A DNA stretch of 60,561 nucleotides, filler included, from Ionaspis alba (Eukaryota), in NCBI GenBank assembly GCA_964255285.1. It is 7 parts of 7 records of this genome, joined end to end, with 100 filler letters (N's around TTAATTAATTAA, not from the genome) between each part and the next. Parts side by side here need not be neighbours in the genome. Positions count along the whole stretch, not along the records: positions 17,370 to 25,945 come from CAXUUL010000731.1; positions 26,046 to 34,621 come from CAXUUL010000732.1; positions 34,722 to 43,281 come from CAXUUL010000733.1; 4 more parts are not named here. One strand, written 5' to 3'. Within the stretch, counting starts at the first letter, position 1; every line of letters starts with the position of its first letter. Positions 25,614-38,153 of the stretch are shown here, piece after piece. The position numbers were made by a program, and so were the translations under genes. Below the pieces are notes generated by a model. It was not told where the DNA came from. It ran no database searches and worked only from the letters and a program-made list of their open reading frames with translations.

Positions 25614-25945
25614 CAGTGGAATAGAAAAACCCACCTCTTCAGTTAGTATCCAAAGATATGTTTCTCGCTTGGAGTACATTCAGTGGAGCTAGTAGTCCGC
25701 CTTTCTTTCTGAAGCGAGTGGAGCATCTAGCGAAAAGCGTGTAGTAGCGAGCCCTGCAATCTTGGGCGGTAGGCGTGGGCGAGGCAGCGTCCTAACAGCC
25801 TTTGCTTTCTTATTAGTACTTGAAGAGCTCTGTCTTCAATTTGATGGTGAAAGACCTGGCAATGTCTTTTGGCCTCTGAACCTGGACGAAATTTCGTCTA
25901 TCAACAGTATTACACTGCGGCTCGTCCCTGTCTTCCTGCTTTTTT

Positions 25946-26045
25946 NNNNNNNNNNNNNNNNNNNNNNNNNNNNNNNNNNNNNNNNNNNNTTAATTAATTA
26001 ANNNNNNNNNNNNNNNNNNNNNNNNNNNNNNNNNNNNNNNNNNNN
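25946..26045. other. Artificial contig spacer 3
   Basis: N44-TTAATTAATTAA-N44. Confidence 0.98.
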
Positions 26046-27134
26046 CGACCACGGGTTCCTGCTGAACGACCAGTACGTTCATGTCCTCGAACAGCTGTGC
26101 TAATTCAATGACTTGTCTCTCAATTTTCTGGATGGCCTCATGTCTGCCTTGGACTGCTCGTAGTGCCGATTGAGATTCTCCACGTCGATCAGATTGTAGA
26201 AGCTGAAAGCTCTCAGATAAATGACAAGCCTACGCTCAGTGATGGAGGACTTACAGCTTGACTGAATATCTGAGTACTAGTCGTGTCCTCGACTGCTTCA
26301 CGGACTTCCTGGGTGCTGGCATTGGGCCTAACTATCAAATACTGCCTGGTCATTTGTTCCTGGAGCTTCTTCCGATATTCTGCATCTAGGGTCTGGTAGT
26401 CTTGGATAGCTTGCTTCAGTCTTCGGTCCACCCTACCCACCTGAGCTTTATTCTGCTCGCTTCCAGCTCCTGGTTTGCCTTTAAGCTTTTTCAACTGTTG
26501 AACCAGATTTCTGTAGCTGTCCATGGTACGAGTACTCAAAGCATCCAACTCATGGTTGATTGCCGCGGTCTCAGATTCGTTGGTCGCCCTGAGAGAGTCC
26601 TGCTGTAGCTTTTGAATCGTGGTAAGGTCCGCGTCAATTCTGTTAATACCAACGTCGATATTTGTACAGTCATCTAGAATGGCCCTCGAATCATCCCGCG
26701 GAGCTTGTCCATATCCAGCTGCCCCGCCATTGATACGCCCCATCTCCATGTTGTTGCCGGAGCCTGACCAGTGTCAGCATGCGCCGTTCTCGATATATCT
26801 ACCATCATGGCAATACTGACCGTAGCTCCCGTTGCCCTGCTGACTATAAGTACCCGAGTGTTGTCCACTTCCATAGCTCCCAGTAGAGGTAGTCGGCTGA
26901 GCGTAGGGGTTTCCTGACTGCTGCTGTTGGGCGTATGGATTCCCAGCCTGTTGCTGCGCGTAAGGGTTTCCAGGTTGCTGGTCATAGCGGTTCGATCGGC
27001 CGTAGCCGGATTGACTGTTATAACCACCATATTGCTGTACAGCAAATAGTCAGCGACTCAAATCGAATCGTTGGCAAGACAATACAGCTTGGTGTGTGCA
27101 GGTAGACAGCGCAAAGAGGAAAGCTTACAGCCAT
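26046..27134 (-). CDS. SSO1: Plasma-membrane syntaxin Sso1/2 (Qa-SNARE), 3'-truncated by the contig end
   Basis: 6-nt first exon ATGGCT|GTAAGC; G/Q/Y-rich N-terminus with NPY repeats; Habc domain ending RQYLIVRPNAS..EVREAVED..QIFSQA; SNARE motif RHEAIQKIERQVIELAQLFEDM. Confidence 0.92.
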
Positions 27135-27867
27135 GTTCAGCCCGTAAGACCGTCGGAACCCCTGAAAAACCTGTGCAGGACCTGCGTGCACAGTGGACGG
27201 TGCGAATCAGTTGGAAAGAGGGTCTGACTTATGGAGGTAGTGTACAAAAGATACTTATGTACAGATGTCGTGCGATGTTAGATGGGGAGTTGGGTTGGAC
27301 AAAACACTTGGGGACGCTGGCGTAAGATTAGTGTTGGCATACGAGGCTCAGGGAATTGCGGACAGCAGGGATGTGATAGTTGGCGCTGAGTAGTTTTGTC
27401 AGACGAGAGTACAACCATTCGTCTAGTTGCTCATGGCATCTATCACTCTCATTGAAGACTCTGCTGGACGTCAATGGTTAGATCAGACCAGGCATCTTTC
27501 AGAACTCGACGAGCGTGCGCGTGTTCAGTCTCTGGCACAATTCTACAATGCGCTTTTCTCACCCGCGGCAGCCTGGCTCAACTATATTTAGCTCTCAGCC
27601 ACAATGCATTCATCACCACCATTCTTCTACCAATGCTCTTCAACGCTCTCGGCAGTCGTTATGTGGGATGGTGACGAGACTACCCACGCCGAGAAACTGC
27701 CCGTTAAATGTCGGACACTTTATAGCATTGTCATACATGATTTACAATTCAGCTGAGTGGAGATCTTCAGCCGATGCTGGAAGGGAGGCTCGAGTAAGAG
27801 CTCGAACTCCTCATTGCAATTTGTTTCTACGTTGCAGAGTCACTGTGTACTTATAGTTTCTATCTCA

Positions 27868-29369
27868 TTATTCATTATTGACTTCGCATGCCTTGGATGA
27901 TGACAAGCCATCTCAAGAACGCAACAGTGCACACTTACGTCCCCCATCGTTCCTTCTCGTTGCCACCCGCCCATTGCTTGTCAACGTAACCAAGCTCTTC
28001 CTTCACTCTCTGCACAGTCACAGCATCTCCCGTGTTCTTACCGAGGTCGTCGCTGATCTTGATTGCCGGATTGCCGTCCGCTGAAGACAGCTTGATAACG
28101 ATGTTCAGGGGTACCGATTTCTTGCCGTTGGGATGGGAGAAGTCATCTGCTTAGATAAGCTGTGGCAGTTGCGCAAGATGTGAAAGGAACTCACTGGTCA
28201 AAAATGTACCTATGCCAAACGTCGGTTGAAAGCCAGACGCTTCTGCGGCCTTCTTGTATTCCAAGCAGCGTTCCACGTTGAGCGAATCAGAGAATACTAT
28301 CGTCTTCTTGTCCAAGATCCCTTGGTCACGATAGAAATCCCGCATCAACCTGATGAACTTCTCGGGGTCTCCTGAGTCCTGGCGGATACCAGCGAAGGCG
28401 TGAGCATAGGAGTAGTTGAGGCTCTCATGAATTTCATGGAGAACATCCCGCGGAACTTGCTTTGCGAAGGCTCGCAAGAACGCTGGTGTACCGAATGTGT
28501 CTGTGAGTGCGATTGCGAGCACTCCTGTTCCGAAGCATCCAACCCAATAGTGTAGCGCCTTCTCGGACGCACCACCGTAATCATGTTCGGCAGCCGCAAT
28601 ACCCATGAACCACTCATGCGCAACGGTCCCGACTGGCGGTATGTTGTATTTCATGGCAAAATGTACATTGCTGGTCCCAGTGAGACTACCTGTCGCGGAA
28701 GCAGTGGAAGCCTGTATAAGCCCCTGGAGCACCATATCCTGGGTATGATAGTCCCTTCTCCGCCTGGTCCCGAACTCGGAGAACATGCAGCCATGTCCTA
28801 GTAGCTCTATTCCCTTTTCATAGGCTCTTTCTTTCTGTCCATCATAGCTCCAATCTCGATCACAGAATTTGAAGTAAGCCTCACTGACGAGGGCTAAAAG
28901 CGGAATCTCGTAGAGGATAGTCTCGACCCATAGACCTTCGACGGCAATATATAGCTCTCCTTCACGGAATTCTATCCTCACATGGTCCGAGGGCCGGAAA
29001 CGAAACGAGCTTACATAGGCTAAATATTCACGGCCAAGATAAGGGCAGGTGTTCTTCAGGTAGTCAATTTCGTTGGTAGATAAAGAAAGGCTTTTCAGAT
29101 CTATCAATCAGTCGCGTCATGTCCGTGGCGATCGTGCTCACCATCGATTTGACTCCGAAGCCACTCGTATGCCCCGTGTTCTAGCTTCATCTGAGGAGTC
29201 CGATTTGTGAAGGCGTAGGTGACGTCTTTTAAATGATCAGTAAATAGTATCTGTTCAAGGAGAAGCTCTTCCTACATGTGCTAGGGAAGTACTTGAGTAT
29301 GGCACATTGCATGGTAATTTTATACAAATCTGTGTCCAGGATGGAGACTACGCCGTGATTACCAGCCAT
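27868..29369 (-). CDS. NPT1: Nicotinate phosphoribosyltransferase, multi-exon
   Basis: [88 protein letters not shown]. The last exon is tentative. Confidence 0.95.
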
Positions 29370-29830
29370 AGCGAGTAACCAATGGATTTGCTTTTTCGAA
29401 TATCGACTCTTGGTGAATCAGAGACAAGGTACTGTCCGAGAGTATTTTTTGTAGAAGAAAACACTGATGTCGTCTGACTATGGTGCTAGCGTGGTGTTGA
29501 TGACAAGGGTTCAGGTTCTACCACGACACTTACACCACGACAGATTGATGTCTTGGGACTAGGTCACCACTGTGCTGCAACCAGCCAGCGCTATTTGAAA
29601 AACAGTAAAGGTACCTTCGTGTGACTGCTTCCATATGACTACATCCATGCATTTCAATAGTGGATGTGTACGTCTAGGTTGGCGGAACGTCGAGGTCTCT
29701 CTGCATGTGCACAACACCGTCAAGTCGATTTTGGCAGGTGTTAAAGTTACGACTCTCGATATGATGGTAGGTAGCCATCAGTAAGTTGTCAGGGTATCTT
29801 AGCATCGTGGTCTATTCACAGGTCCTAGCA

Positions 29831-32800
29831 CTACTTACTCCCAGAACAACGGGTGGCCAGCTCGAGAAGTTCAACAATCTGGCCATGACCTTGCTGGAAA
29901 GCGGCTTCAAGAGCACTCCCACATCTCCCACCTCGGAAGTTAACGTCTGCTCCTTTCTCCAGCAGCATCTTGACAATTTTGATATGTCCAGCAAAACACG
30001 CAGCCTGTAATGCCGTGCCGTAAAAACCCCCTCGTATATTGACGTCCGCTGATCTCTCCAAGAGCAGCTCCACGATCTGATCTGAACCATAACAGGCCGC
30101 CCAGTGCAAAGCCGTATGAGACACTCTTCCTGTTTTGTTGACATCGGCACCTTCTTGCAGCAGGACCTTCACAACCTGGAGGCGATTATTTTCTGTTGCC
30201 ACTATCAGTGCAGTATCATGGGTGTCATCTTCTGCATTTATGGCAGCACCACGCCGAAGTAGTAACCGCACAATTTGATCATGTCCTTCGCTCGCTGCCG
30301 CTAGTAAAGCGAACGAAAAATGACCGCCGTGATAGTTGACGTCTGCCCGATCCAAGAGAGCCTCGACAACAGGATAATGGCCTTTAGAACATGCTGCCTG
30401 CAGAGGAGACCCGTAGAAGCTTCTTCCCGAGTTCACTGAAGCCCCATGGTCCATTAGAAGCCGAACCAATCCGAGGTGCCCTTCCTCTGAAGCTACTTCT
30501 AACGCAGTGCCGTCATTGTTGAAGACTTCAACATCAGCCCCATGTGCGAGCAATAGGCGCGCCGTCCGTTCATGACCAGTCTTCGCTGCTATTAGTAGTG
30601 ATGTTAGCTGCCTATTGTCCATTGCTTCTGTGTTCGCGGCATATTCGAGTAACAATTGCGTCGTCTCCAAGTTTTGATCCCTCGCAGCACGAAGGAGTGC
30701 GGTCTCCCCGAGAGCGTTTTTCAGTTCTTTGTTAGCACCCTTCTCGAGTAGGTTACGTATAGCACCTGTGCGTGTGCTGGCTACTATCCAAGGTTTTATC
30801 GCTACATGATGCAGTGCTGTATTGAGATCCTTGTCTTGGGCGTTGACATCTGCACCTCTGCCCAATAGCAGTCTTACGATACCTTCCGAGCCGTTAACAG
30901 AAGCTGTGCGAAGTACAGTAGATCCCCTGCTGTCTTTGACCTCGAGATCTGTTCCAGTATCTAGGAGTATTCGTACCACATTCTCATGTTCTCGTCCCAC
31001 GGCGATCTTCAGCAGAGAGTCACCATTGATATCTTTGGCCAAGTAGTCGGCTCCACTTCCAAGAAGTAGAGCGACAAAATCTTCTCGTCCAAAGCTAGCA
31101 GCCATCCAGAGTGGGGTCTCTAGGGAATTTGACGAAGCATTGATTTTTACGCCTGGCACGGTCAGAAGGGCAACACCAACAGCCAAATGACCCTTTTCGG
31201 CAGCGTGGTGTAACGCAGATCGCCCTTGGTAGTCTGCCGCATTGATCGAACAAATCCTCAACAGAAGTTTGACAACATGGACATGACCCAAGCGCGAAGC
31301 TGCATGAAGAGACGGAATTCCTCCATCGATAAATGGCAGATCGCAGAACTCACGAACGTGAAATGAAGGGTCCAAATCTAAAAGCAGCTCGAGGAGAGGG
31401 ATGTGCGCGACTCTCACAGCCCATCCAAGCAGTCCATGCAGGTGTGAGCTGAGAGACTGACCATTGGAAGTCCATGGATGAACGTTCCAGGAACTAACAG
31501 GCTGTATTGCCAAAGCTTGGAATTCACGCCAAACGGGCGATTGGCAGGAAATTGACGTGGTTTGTGAGGCCCAGTTTTTCACTGCGTAGTTCATAAACTT
31601 GTACTTGGAGCTATCAGGCCCGCACACCGGTGGCCGTATTGCTGGTATTGGAACTCGTATGATTCGTCTTGCAGAAGTAGGCTTGGGGAGAACCAAGCGG
31701 GCCATGTGAGACATGAACGATCCGAAAGGAAGATTGGCCAGATCAGGAAGAGTATCTGTGATTTCCACAGACACGGGCTGAGAAAATTTCTGTAACTGGA
31801 GTCCAAAATCCGAGAAGGAAAGATAGTTGACACAGAATTCTCCACAGCTCAGTTGTCCTTCATCTTGGCGTACGTAGTACGGGTAATCAAATTCGTGCCA
31901 GTTCGCGGAGAGATACTGTTTTACTGAGGGATGGGCAAAGCGAACACAAAGATCGGAGGAGTCGAGGACAACTAGATTTGCACAACAACTGATAACCAAA
32001 GACCGACTTGGTATCTTTCCCGGATCCCAAGCATGATCGGATATATCAAACCCGACTGCTTCCCTCAACTCATCTATATGCAGCGGTCGACTGGCACAGC
32101 CAACCCATCTCAGAACTTTGACGGCAAATCTGACAGTGTGGTTTCGACGACTTATGCGTTGGAGACAGCGTTCATAAATCATGTTAAGGTCATCCGGTAG
32201 GCTGTCGAGCGCCGCAAGTATATCCTGGTCCGTAAAGCAGTCCTCCCATAACGCTTCTATCTGTAATTGTACCCATAGGAACCTTGAAAGTCAACAACGT
32301 CCACTGATAAGGTAGGAAGCAAGGCGTCTCACATTCCCTTAGCGCCCTCGTATAGGCAATCCTTAGTTCTTTGAACTAGAGAGGAATCTTCAGTCAATAC
32401 TCGGTAAGAGTCCATCTTGTTCGCAATCACAGAATCAATGTAGTGTTGGACATCCTTTTCGATATCGCTCGGAGCAATCGAGATGTGGACCGTCCCAGGA
32501 ATCGAGTTGACAACATCGATATTATAATCAAGCTCCTTCCTGCTTGAAATAAATAACTTCTGTCCTTGCGCATGTAAGAGCAAGTCCCGGAAAATACTCA
32601 GTACCTTAGAAGTCTCTTTATGGTCGAGTTCATCCAACCCGTCGATAATATAAGTAGCACGAGGAACCTGAATGAAGAGGGCTGAGAACATGTCGACCAC
32701 ATCTTCCAAGTCAGGCACCGTCTCAGAGGTTTCGTAGAATGATTTCAGCTTCTGACGTGTGAACCATGGGCAATTCTTAAGAGTTGTGGCGAGATATATC

Positions 32801-33667
32801 AGAAGCTGTTTGATCAAGCTCTCGATGGGGCGTGAAGCTTCAAGGAATCCCCGCTGTGCCGTCTCGCAATAGAAGTAGATGACTGGGAGTCCAGTTGTCC
32901 GTGATTTCTCTCCCTCGGCTTCAACTACCGCAGTGCTAAACAGAAGGTGTTAACAACGTTAGAATCCGTCAAAACTTTGTTGCTCACGTGAAGCCGTGTT
33001 GACCTACACAAGCATTGTTTTGCCCGACCCAACTATTTAGACCAGACGTCGTTAGTCTTCGAGGACTTGTAATTCTTTGAGGCTGTACCTATTCCCGAGC
33101 ACCACAGAGACGAATGACCAGATCCATCAGACCAGCCTTGGAAGTCAGCTCGGGCCAGGAACCACTTCCCGGTACCCTCCAATCTCTTACGCGAAAGTCG
33201 TCGATGGACTTTGACATGATCGTAATTGGATATACGTTCGAGTAGAGCTGCTGATATCCTCTGGTCGTCTGCATGGTTAAAGAAGGTAGATTAGCCTGCA
33301 GATCAACCTGGAGTGTTCACCTGCTAATTCCGGACCATCAACGAACCTACCATGAGTCTGCATTTGCCATGCCTCTTGAGCCACAAGCGCACTATTCTGC
33401 GACGTACTCGAAGACCTTGAGATGCCACCGCCGTTCCTAGAAGCCAGCAACTTCATTGCAAGACTTGACATATCAACAATGGACGACTAATCCGTCAAAT
33501 GGCGGATTGAATGTTGAACAGTACTGTCGGCTCACGATCAGGCTGAAGCTGTGCCACTTTCCCTGAGTCCTCCAGGGTGAGCAGAAGACACTGGAATGGC
33601 CTCGACCAATGAAATGTGATCTTCCATCCTGGAGGAGGCCATGTTGGTGGTGTGATACCTGCAGCAT
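29831..33667 (-). CDS. Fungal NLR-like protein: NACHT NTPase + winged helix + roughly 14 ankyrin repeats; 5' end uncertain
   Basis: Spliced reading LEGTGKWFL..WSDG..SLWCSGI|VGSGKT (Walker A); VIYFYC; Walker B YIIDGLDE; GM|FLWVQLQI; LPDDLNMIYERCL; RPLHIDELREA; FAHPSVKQYL. Ankyrin repeats include GADVN..GG.YGTALQAA. Confidence 0.88.
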
Positions 33668-34311
33668 GGCGCTTGATCCCGCGGTAAGAGAATTCCACTC
33701 TGATTGACGCCTGGCAGGACACCATCCGGACCATGCTAGAGGATCGTTTGCTGAAGCTCAGAACTCCCATCATCAAAGAAGGACTGCAACATCCCGACCT
33801 AGTCATCGGGAGCCACACGGGCTACTCGGACAAGAACGATAATACGCAGCGGGTTTTCCGCTGCCTCGACAACAAATGCGACGTAGGCTCCTATGCACGC
33901 GGCACCCGCAGTAAGTGCACTTCGTCCACACAAGCCCAGACACTTCGTTACAAAACACTTCAGAGTATTAACTTCATTGTGATTGCGGCTTGAAAACTCA
34001 AGACCTTCAAGGGCCAAAAGAACGCCGATTGCCCCGGGGTACTGGAACACCAGCGACAGCGCGTATTAATTAAGGAATGGCGATATCATGCAGGTGACAA
34101 CAGATGTGATAGGGACAGCATACGTTACACAACAGGAGGTGATTGACGCTGCGTTTTACCAGTCTTGGCGAACTAGTGCTAGAATTGATGGAGTCAGGTC
34201 GGCCCGCCTGCCCTAGTTTCGGACAGGGTGCGTGGAGTGGATACAGAGGAGTCCGCAGGCTCCGGCCAAACCTTCACTGGCTTCGTCCTTCCGGCGCCTC
34301 GTATGCTACTG

Positions 34312-34621
34312 CTATGGTTCCGCTTGACCCTCTGCCTCCTTCAAGAGCCTTTTATGCGTCTGCATCGCCTTCTTTGCGACCTCCCTCATCTCCCCTTTCT
34401 CCTTCCCATCAAAGACCTCCGTGCTGAAGTATCCTCTGAACCCGGTGCCTAGCACGGCCTTCACAACCTTGACTACGGGCAAATACCCACCTTGAAACGG
34501 CAGAGGCCTCCAATCATGACTCCATCTGCCTCTCGGTCTCGTTCCATTCTCGTCTTCCTCATTCTCCATTGGGGGCTCCATCCTATACCCATCGCTGATC
34601 TGGAAGAAATAGATCATCTCT
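34312..34621 (-). CDS. C-terminal fragment of a xylose-isomerase-like TIM-barrel protein (3-dehydroshikimate dehydratase QutC/Qa-4-like family)
   Basis: IYFFQISDG...WSHDWRPLPFQGGYLPVVKVVKAVLGTGFRGYFSTEVF. Cut by the spacer. Confidence 0.65.
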
Positions 34622-34721
34622 NNNNNNNNNNNNNNNNNNNNNNNNNNNNNNNNNNNNNNNNNNNNTTAATTAATTAANNNNNNNNNNNNNNNNNNNNNNN
34701 NNNNNNNNNNNNNNNNNNNNN
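34622..34721. other. Artificial contig spacer 4
   Basis: N44-TTAATTAATTAA-N44. Confidence 0.98.
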
Positions 34722-36092
34722 GGGAAGGAGGGTCGAGGGGGAGTTGCTCCCAGCGGGCGTGGGTCGGCTGCATGATTTTGGGGTAGTGCATTTGGTTTGT
34801 GTGGGGTTCGTAGATGCCGCCGAGGTTGGCGCGGCGGGTGGCTGTTAGGGAAGTGTTGAAGCGGCTGAAAGGGGAAAGTCAGTGGACCGTGTTGGTGGGG
34901 GAAGCGGTGGTGGGATGGTTTACCTTGCTTCTTGAGCGTGCTCGAACATCCAGTTCGCGCTTGTTACGTGGACTTTGCGCTTCTTGCCGTCGGCCATCTT
35001 GCCGTTTTGCATCGGCACTGTGGGGACCCCGGAGTGGTAGACGCTGCTTGCTCCGTGCCAGGCGACGTAGCGGTTCTTGTCGTAGCCTTGGCCGGTTCCT
35101 GGGAGTCGATCGTCCGGCACTGCCAATTCGCCTTCAACGTCGCCATTGGCGCGTGCCGCCTTGACTTGGTAGTCATCGATGATTTTCTTTCCACCAATGA
35201 TAATGCGAGCTCCGAACTCGCGGTAGACGGAGCGTGCGGTAACGACTCCGATGGCTCGTCCTTTGTAGGAGTGTGGGATTAGGTTTCTGTCGATTAGATC
35301 ACGCTTGGCTTCTTCCGGCAGGATGATCTTGTAGAGGTTTCGGTGTTTCTGGAAGAAAAGATAGCTGTCTCGGAAACCGATACACCTTGCTGGTTCCGTA
35401 GACAGCATGTAGAGCCGGTCACCTTTGCCAGATATCGTGAAGACGCGAACACGGTATTCTCGATCTCCTTGCAAGTGGCCCATCTTGTCCACCTTGGTCT
35501 CCCCCTCGGGATCATCTGACAGTTCTACCTCGTCGTCTTTCACATTGACCATATTGCCCTCTTTATCAACAGGAACCTGGGAGACACGAGAAGGTCCACC
35601 TCGAGGCTTTCCCCATCTTCCACCACCGAACCCACGTCCACCTCTCCAACCACCCCGTCGTTTAGGTGTTCCCACATCCGAAGCATCTTTCGAATCAGCA
35701 TCATCTGGTGCATCCCAATCACGAGGTTTGTTCTTAGGTGGACGACCGGCACGACGTTTTTGCGGCACTGCAGAGTGACCCCGACCAGGGGTGGCGTTCC
35801 TCGAAGGACCTTCTGAGTCGTTGGCCGGCGTGGCAGGTGCATCCTCATCCCCGTCGTCCACCTCTTCGTCATCCTCCGGATCTTCATCCTCGTCGTCCCG
35901 AGGTGTTTCTTGTCCAGAGGGCGGGGCATCTGGCATATCATCGTCTGAGGGTTCTACAACCTGTGGCGTTGGCGTTCCTACGCTATCCAGTCAACATCAT
36001 GCTCCATTTGGCGGTCAGATAAAATGTGTACTTATGACCGCGGAAGCCGCACGAGCCCGTCCACGACCTCCTCCTCGCCCTCGTCGAGCCAT
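34722..36092 (-). CDS. NPL6: RSC/SWI-SNF subunit Rsc7/Npl6/Swp82 family, 3'-truncated
   Basis: AT-hook KRRAGRPPK; RGG tracts; conserved core DPEGETKVD..GDREYRVRVF..YMLSTEPARCIGFRDSYLFF..VTARSVYREFGARII. Confidence 0.88.
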
Positions 36093-38153
36093 AGCGTTGT
36101 CGGCAGATCAGAATGAAAACACTCGTTCACACGGAGGTGGGGAACATAGCTAGCCCTAGGGTTTGCAAACAGCTCCTGCAAGCTATTTCACAGGATCGAC
36201 ACGCATTGAAGACCGCGACTGAACAATGGACAAGGCTGCGCGCCAAAGCCGCTAACTGGTCTGGTGGCTTGACAGCACGCTAAACCACAAAGGGACTACG
36301 ACTCCCGGAGCACGGTCCGATGCAGAAAACCCTGAACTCGCCCTTCACAATCAATCACATTTCGATTTTCTCCTTCTTTACTGATATGCAGGGTCGACAA
36401 ACAATCTAATAGGGCAAAAGGGCCGAAAGGATTCTTCTGATTTGTTCGTTGATTTCTGCCATTATTCTTCTTCTTACGATTCGAAGGACCCTGACATCGG
36501 TCTGGACCCTTCTCTTCTGCCAGGGAAAGGACGTCCCTTCTTGGACGTTGCACAAAACGATGTTGTAATTTGTACTCGGTTCGATTTTACATCCCTCTAC
36601 GTCATCGGCCTCTATTTGCGCACACTGTGAGATTGGGGTTGCCGACAACGATCTTCGGTGGGCGTGTTGGGAACTCTATCGCCACGTTTTATCCCGTCCG
36701 CTTTCCCGAACATCAGCTCCAGACTATTACCATCGGGCAAATCCAGCTTCTACAAGGTTCCTTGTCGTATAAGTAGCAATCGACCAGACTTGTCATCGAG
36801 AAGTACTCTGGTTGTACATCGCAAACGAAGCTGCTGCATGGATTGTCAACTGTAGTGGACAAGACCAGCCTACAAAAGGCCCGTATAGTTGAGGATACCG
36901 GGTAGCTCCCCAGTAGTCGTGCATGCTCGATCGTTGCTAGTTGATCAACAAACCGGAGGACCAAAAAGAGGGGTACGGAAGTGATTAGACGCATACATGG
37001 TGAATACCAAGCAAACAACTTTGATAACTTCAACACCAGAAGTCACAATCCTCCACAATACCACAATCCATCACTCCACATCTCACGAACCATCCCCACC
37101 GCGTGGCTTGACTATGACAGCTGCCGGATGAGCTACCCTTGTGTGCACTCCCTGTAATCCTCAAGCCTGCTCCAACTTCCGTTCAGCCATAGTGACAGCC
37201 AGCATCCTCCTTCATCTCCACACCACGTTGTCGAAGCCCTTTCTGGACCTCACGATCTTCGCCGCCTGAGACAGGTAGCTCGACATCGACGGTAACGCCT
37301 GATCTTTTGCCATCGACGACAGCAGCCACGACGGTGCAGCACATGCACGACACGACAACAGCATAAATAAAGACCACCTTCGAATCCCACCAACCTCCAT
37401 CATGTCTACGCAGCACGAAGGTGTCAATCCACACGCAGCGTCGGATCTATTGAGACAAACGATATTGCACGGGTAAGCATCGGCCTACGTTTCCTTGTTT
37501 TACTCCATCTCTCGCTATATCTCCCGTTGTCCTCTGTCTCCTGTGGCACCATGGCACTATGTATCTGTCGCTTGTACGACGATGCGTAATGAGTATGCGA
37601 TCTCGAGGTTCAGCTTCGCCCACGACCGAGGTATTTTTAGCAGCAAAACCTGCATCCACCGCTCATCTTCTCCCAATCCCAATGGAGAACCAACTCACTC
37701 CCGCAAATGCGAGATTTACCAATCTTCCATCGACTTCTCTACTGCCGACTCAATAGGCTGTCTACACGCCAATCATACTGGCCACTGTTACTCGCCCAAA
37801 GTGACCTAGCGGCGATTCACATGCTCTTGGTAAGAATCGTGAATCAAACCCGCATCTCGGCCCATGGGCTGAGCAACCACTGATCCCTGCAAACCACAAC
37901 CTTCCAGAACCTTTCCACGCCCAAATCTTCGAATTGATCCCTTCTCAACGTCGCCAATCTTGCCATCCCAGGCATCGTCATACTACCTCGGGGGCGAGTT
38001 CGCACACGCATACAGCTTCGACGGCCTCACCCTAGTCCCGTTCAGCCGCTGACACACACCACTCGCGATCGCTACGCTGCCAAGTCCCTTTCATTTCCAA
38101 CACTCTGTCCCTTTCTTCCCATTTCATACGCATACACTACACACTTCTCCCAG

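Noticed and set aside
25280..25692. Poly-Lys and poly-Phe ORFs
   Set aside because: These are translations of the homopolymer artefact.
22493..29369. Apparent NAD/kynurenine gene cluster (BNA3 near NPT1)
   Set aside because: An artificial spacer at 25946-26045 separates them; they are on different contigs.
36296..37810. Numerous 60-110 aa ORFs between NPL6 and SCH9
   Set aside because: No motifs or consistent splice structure; most likely chance ORFs in a promoter/5' UTR region.
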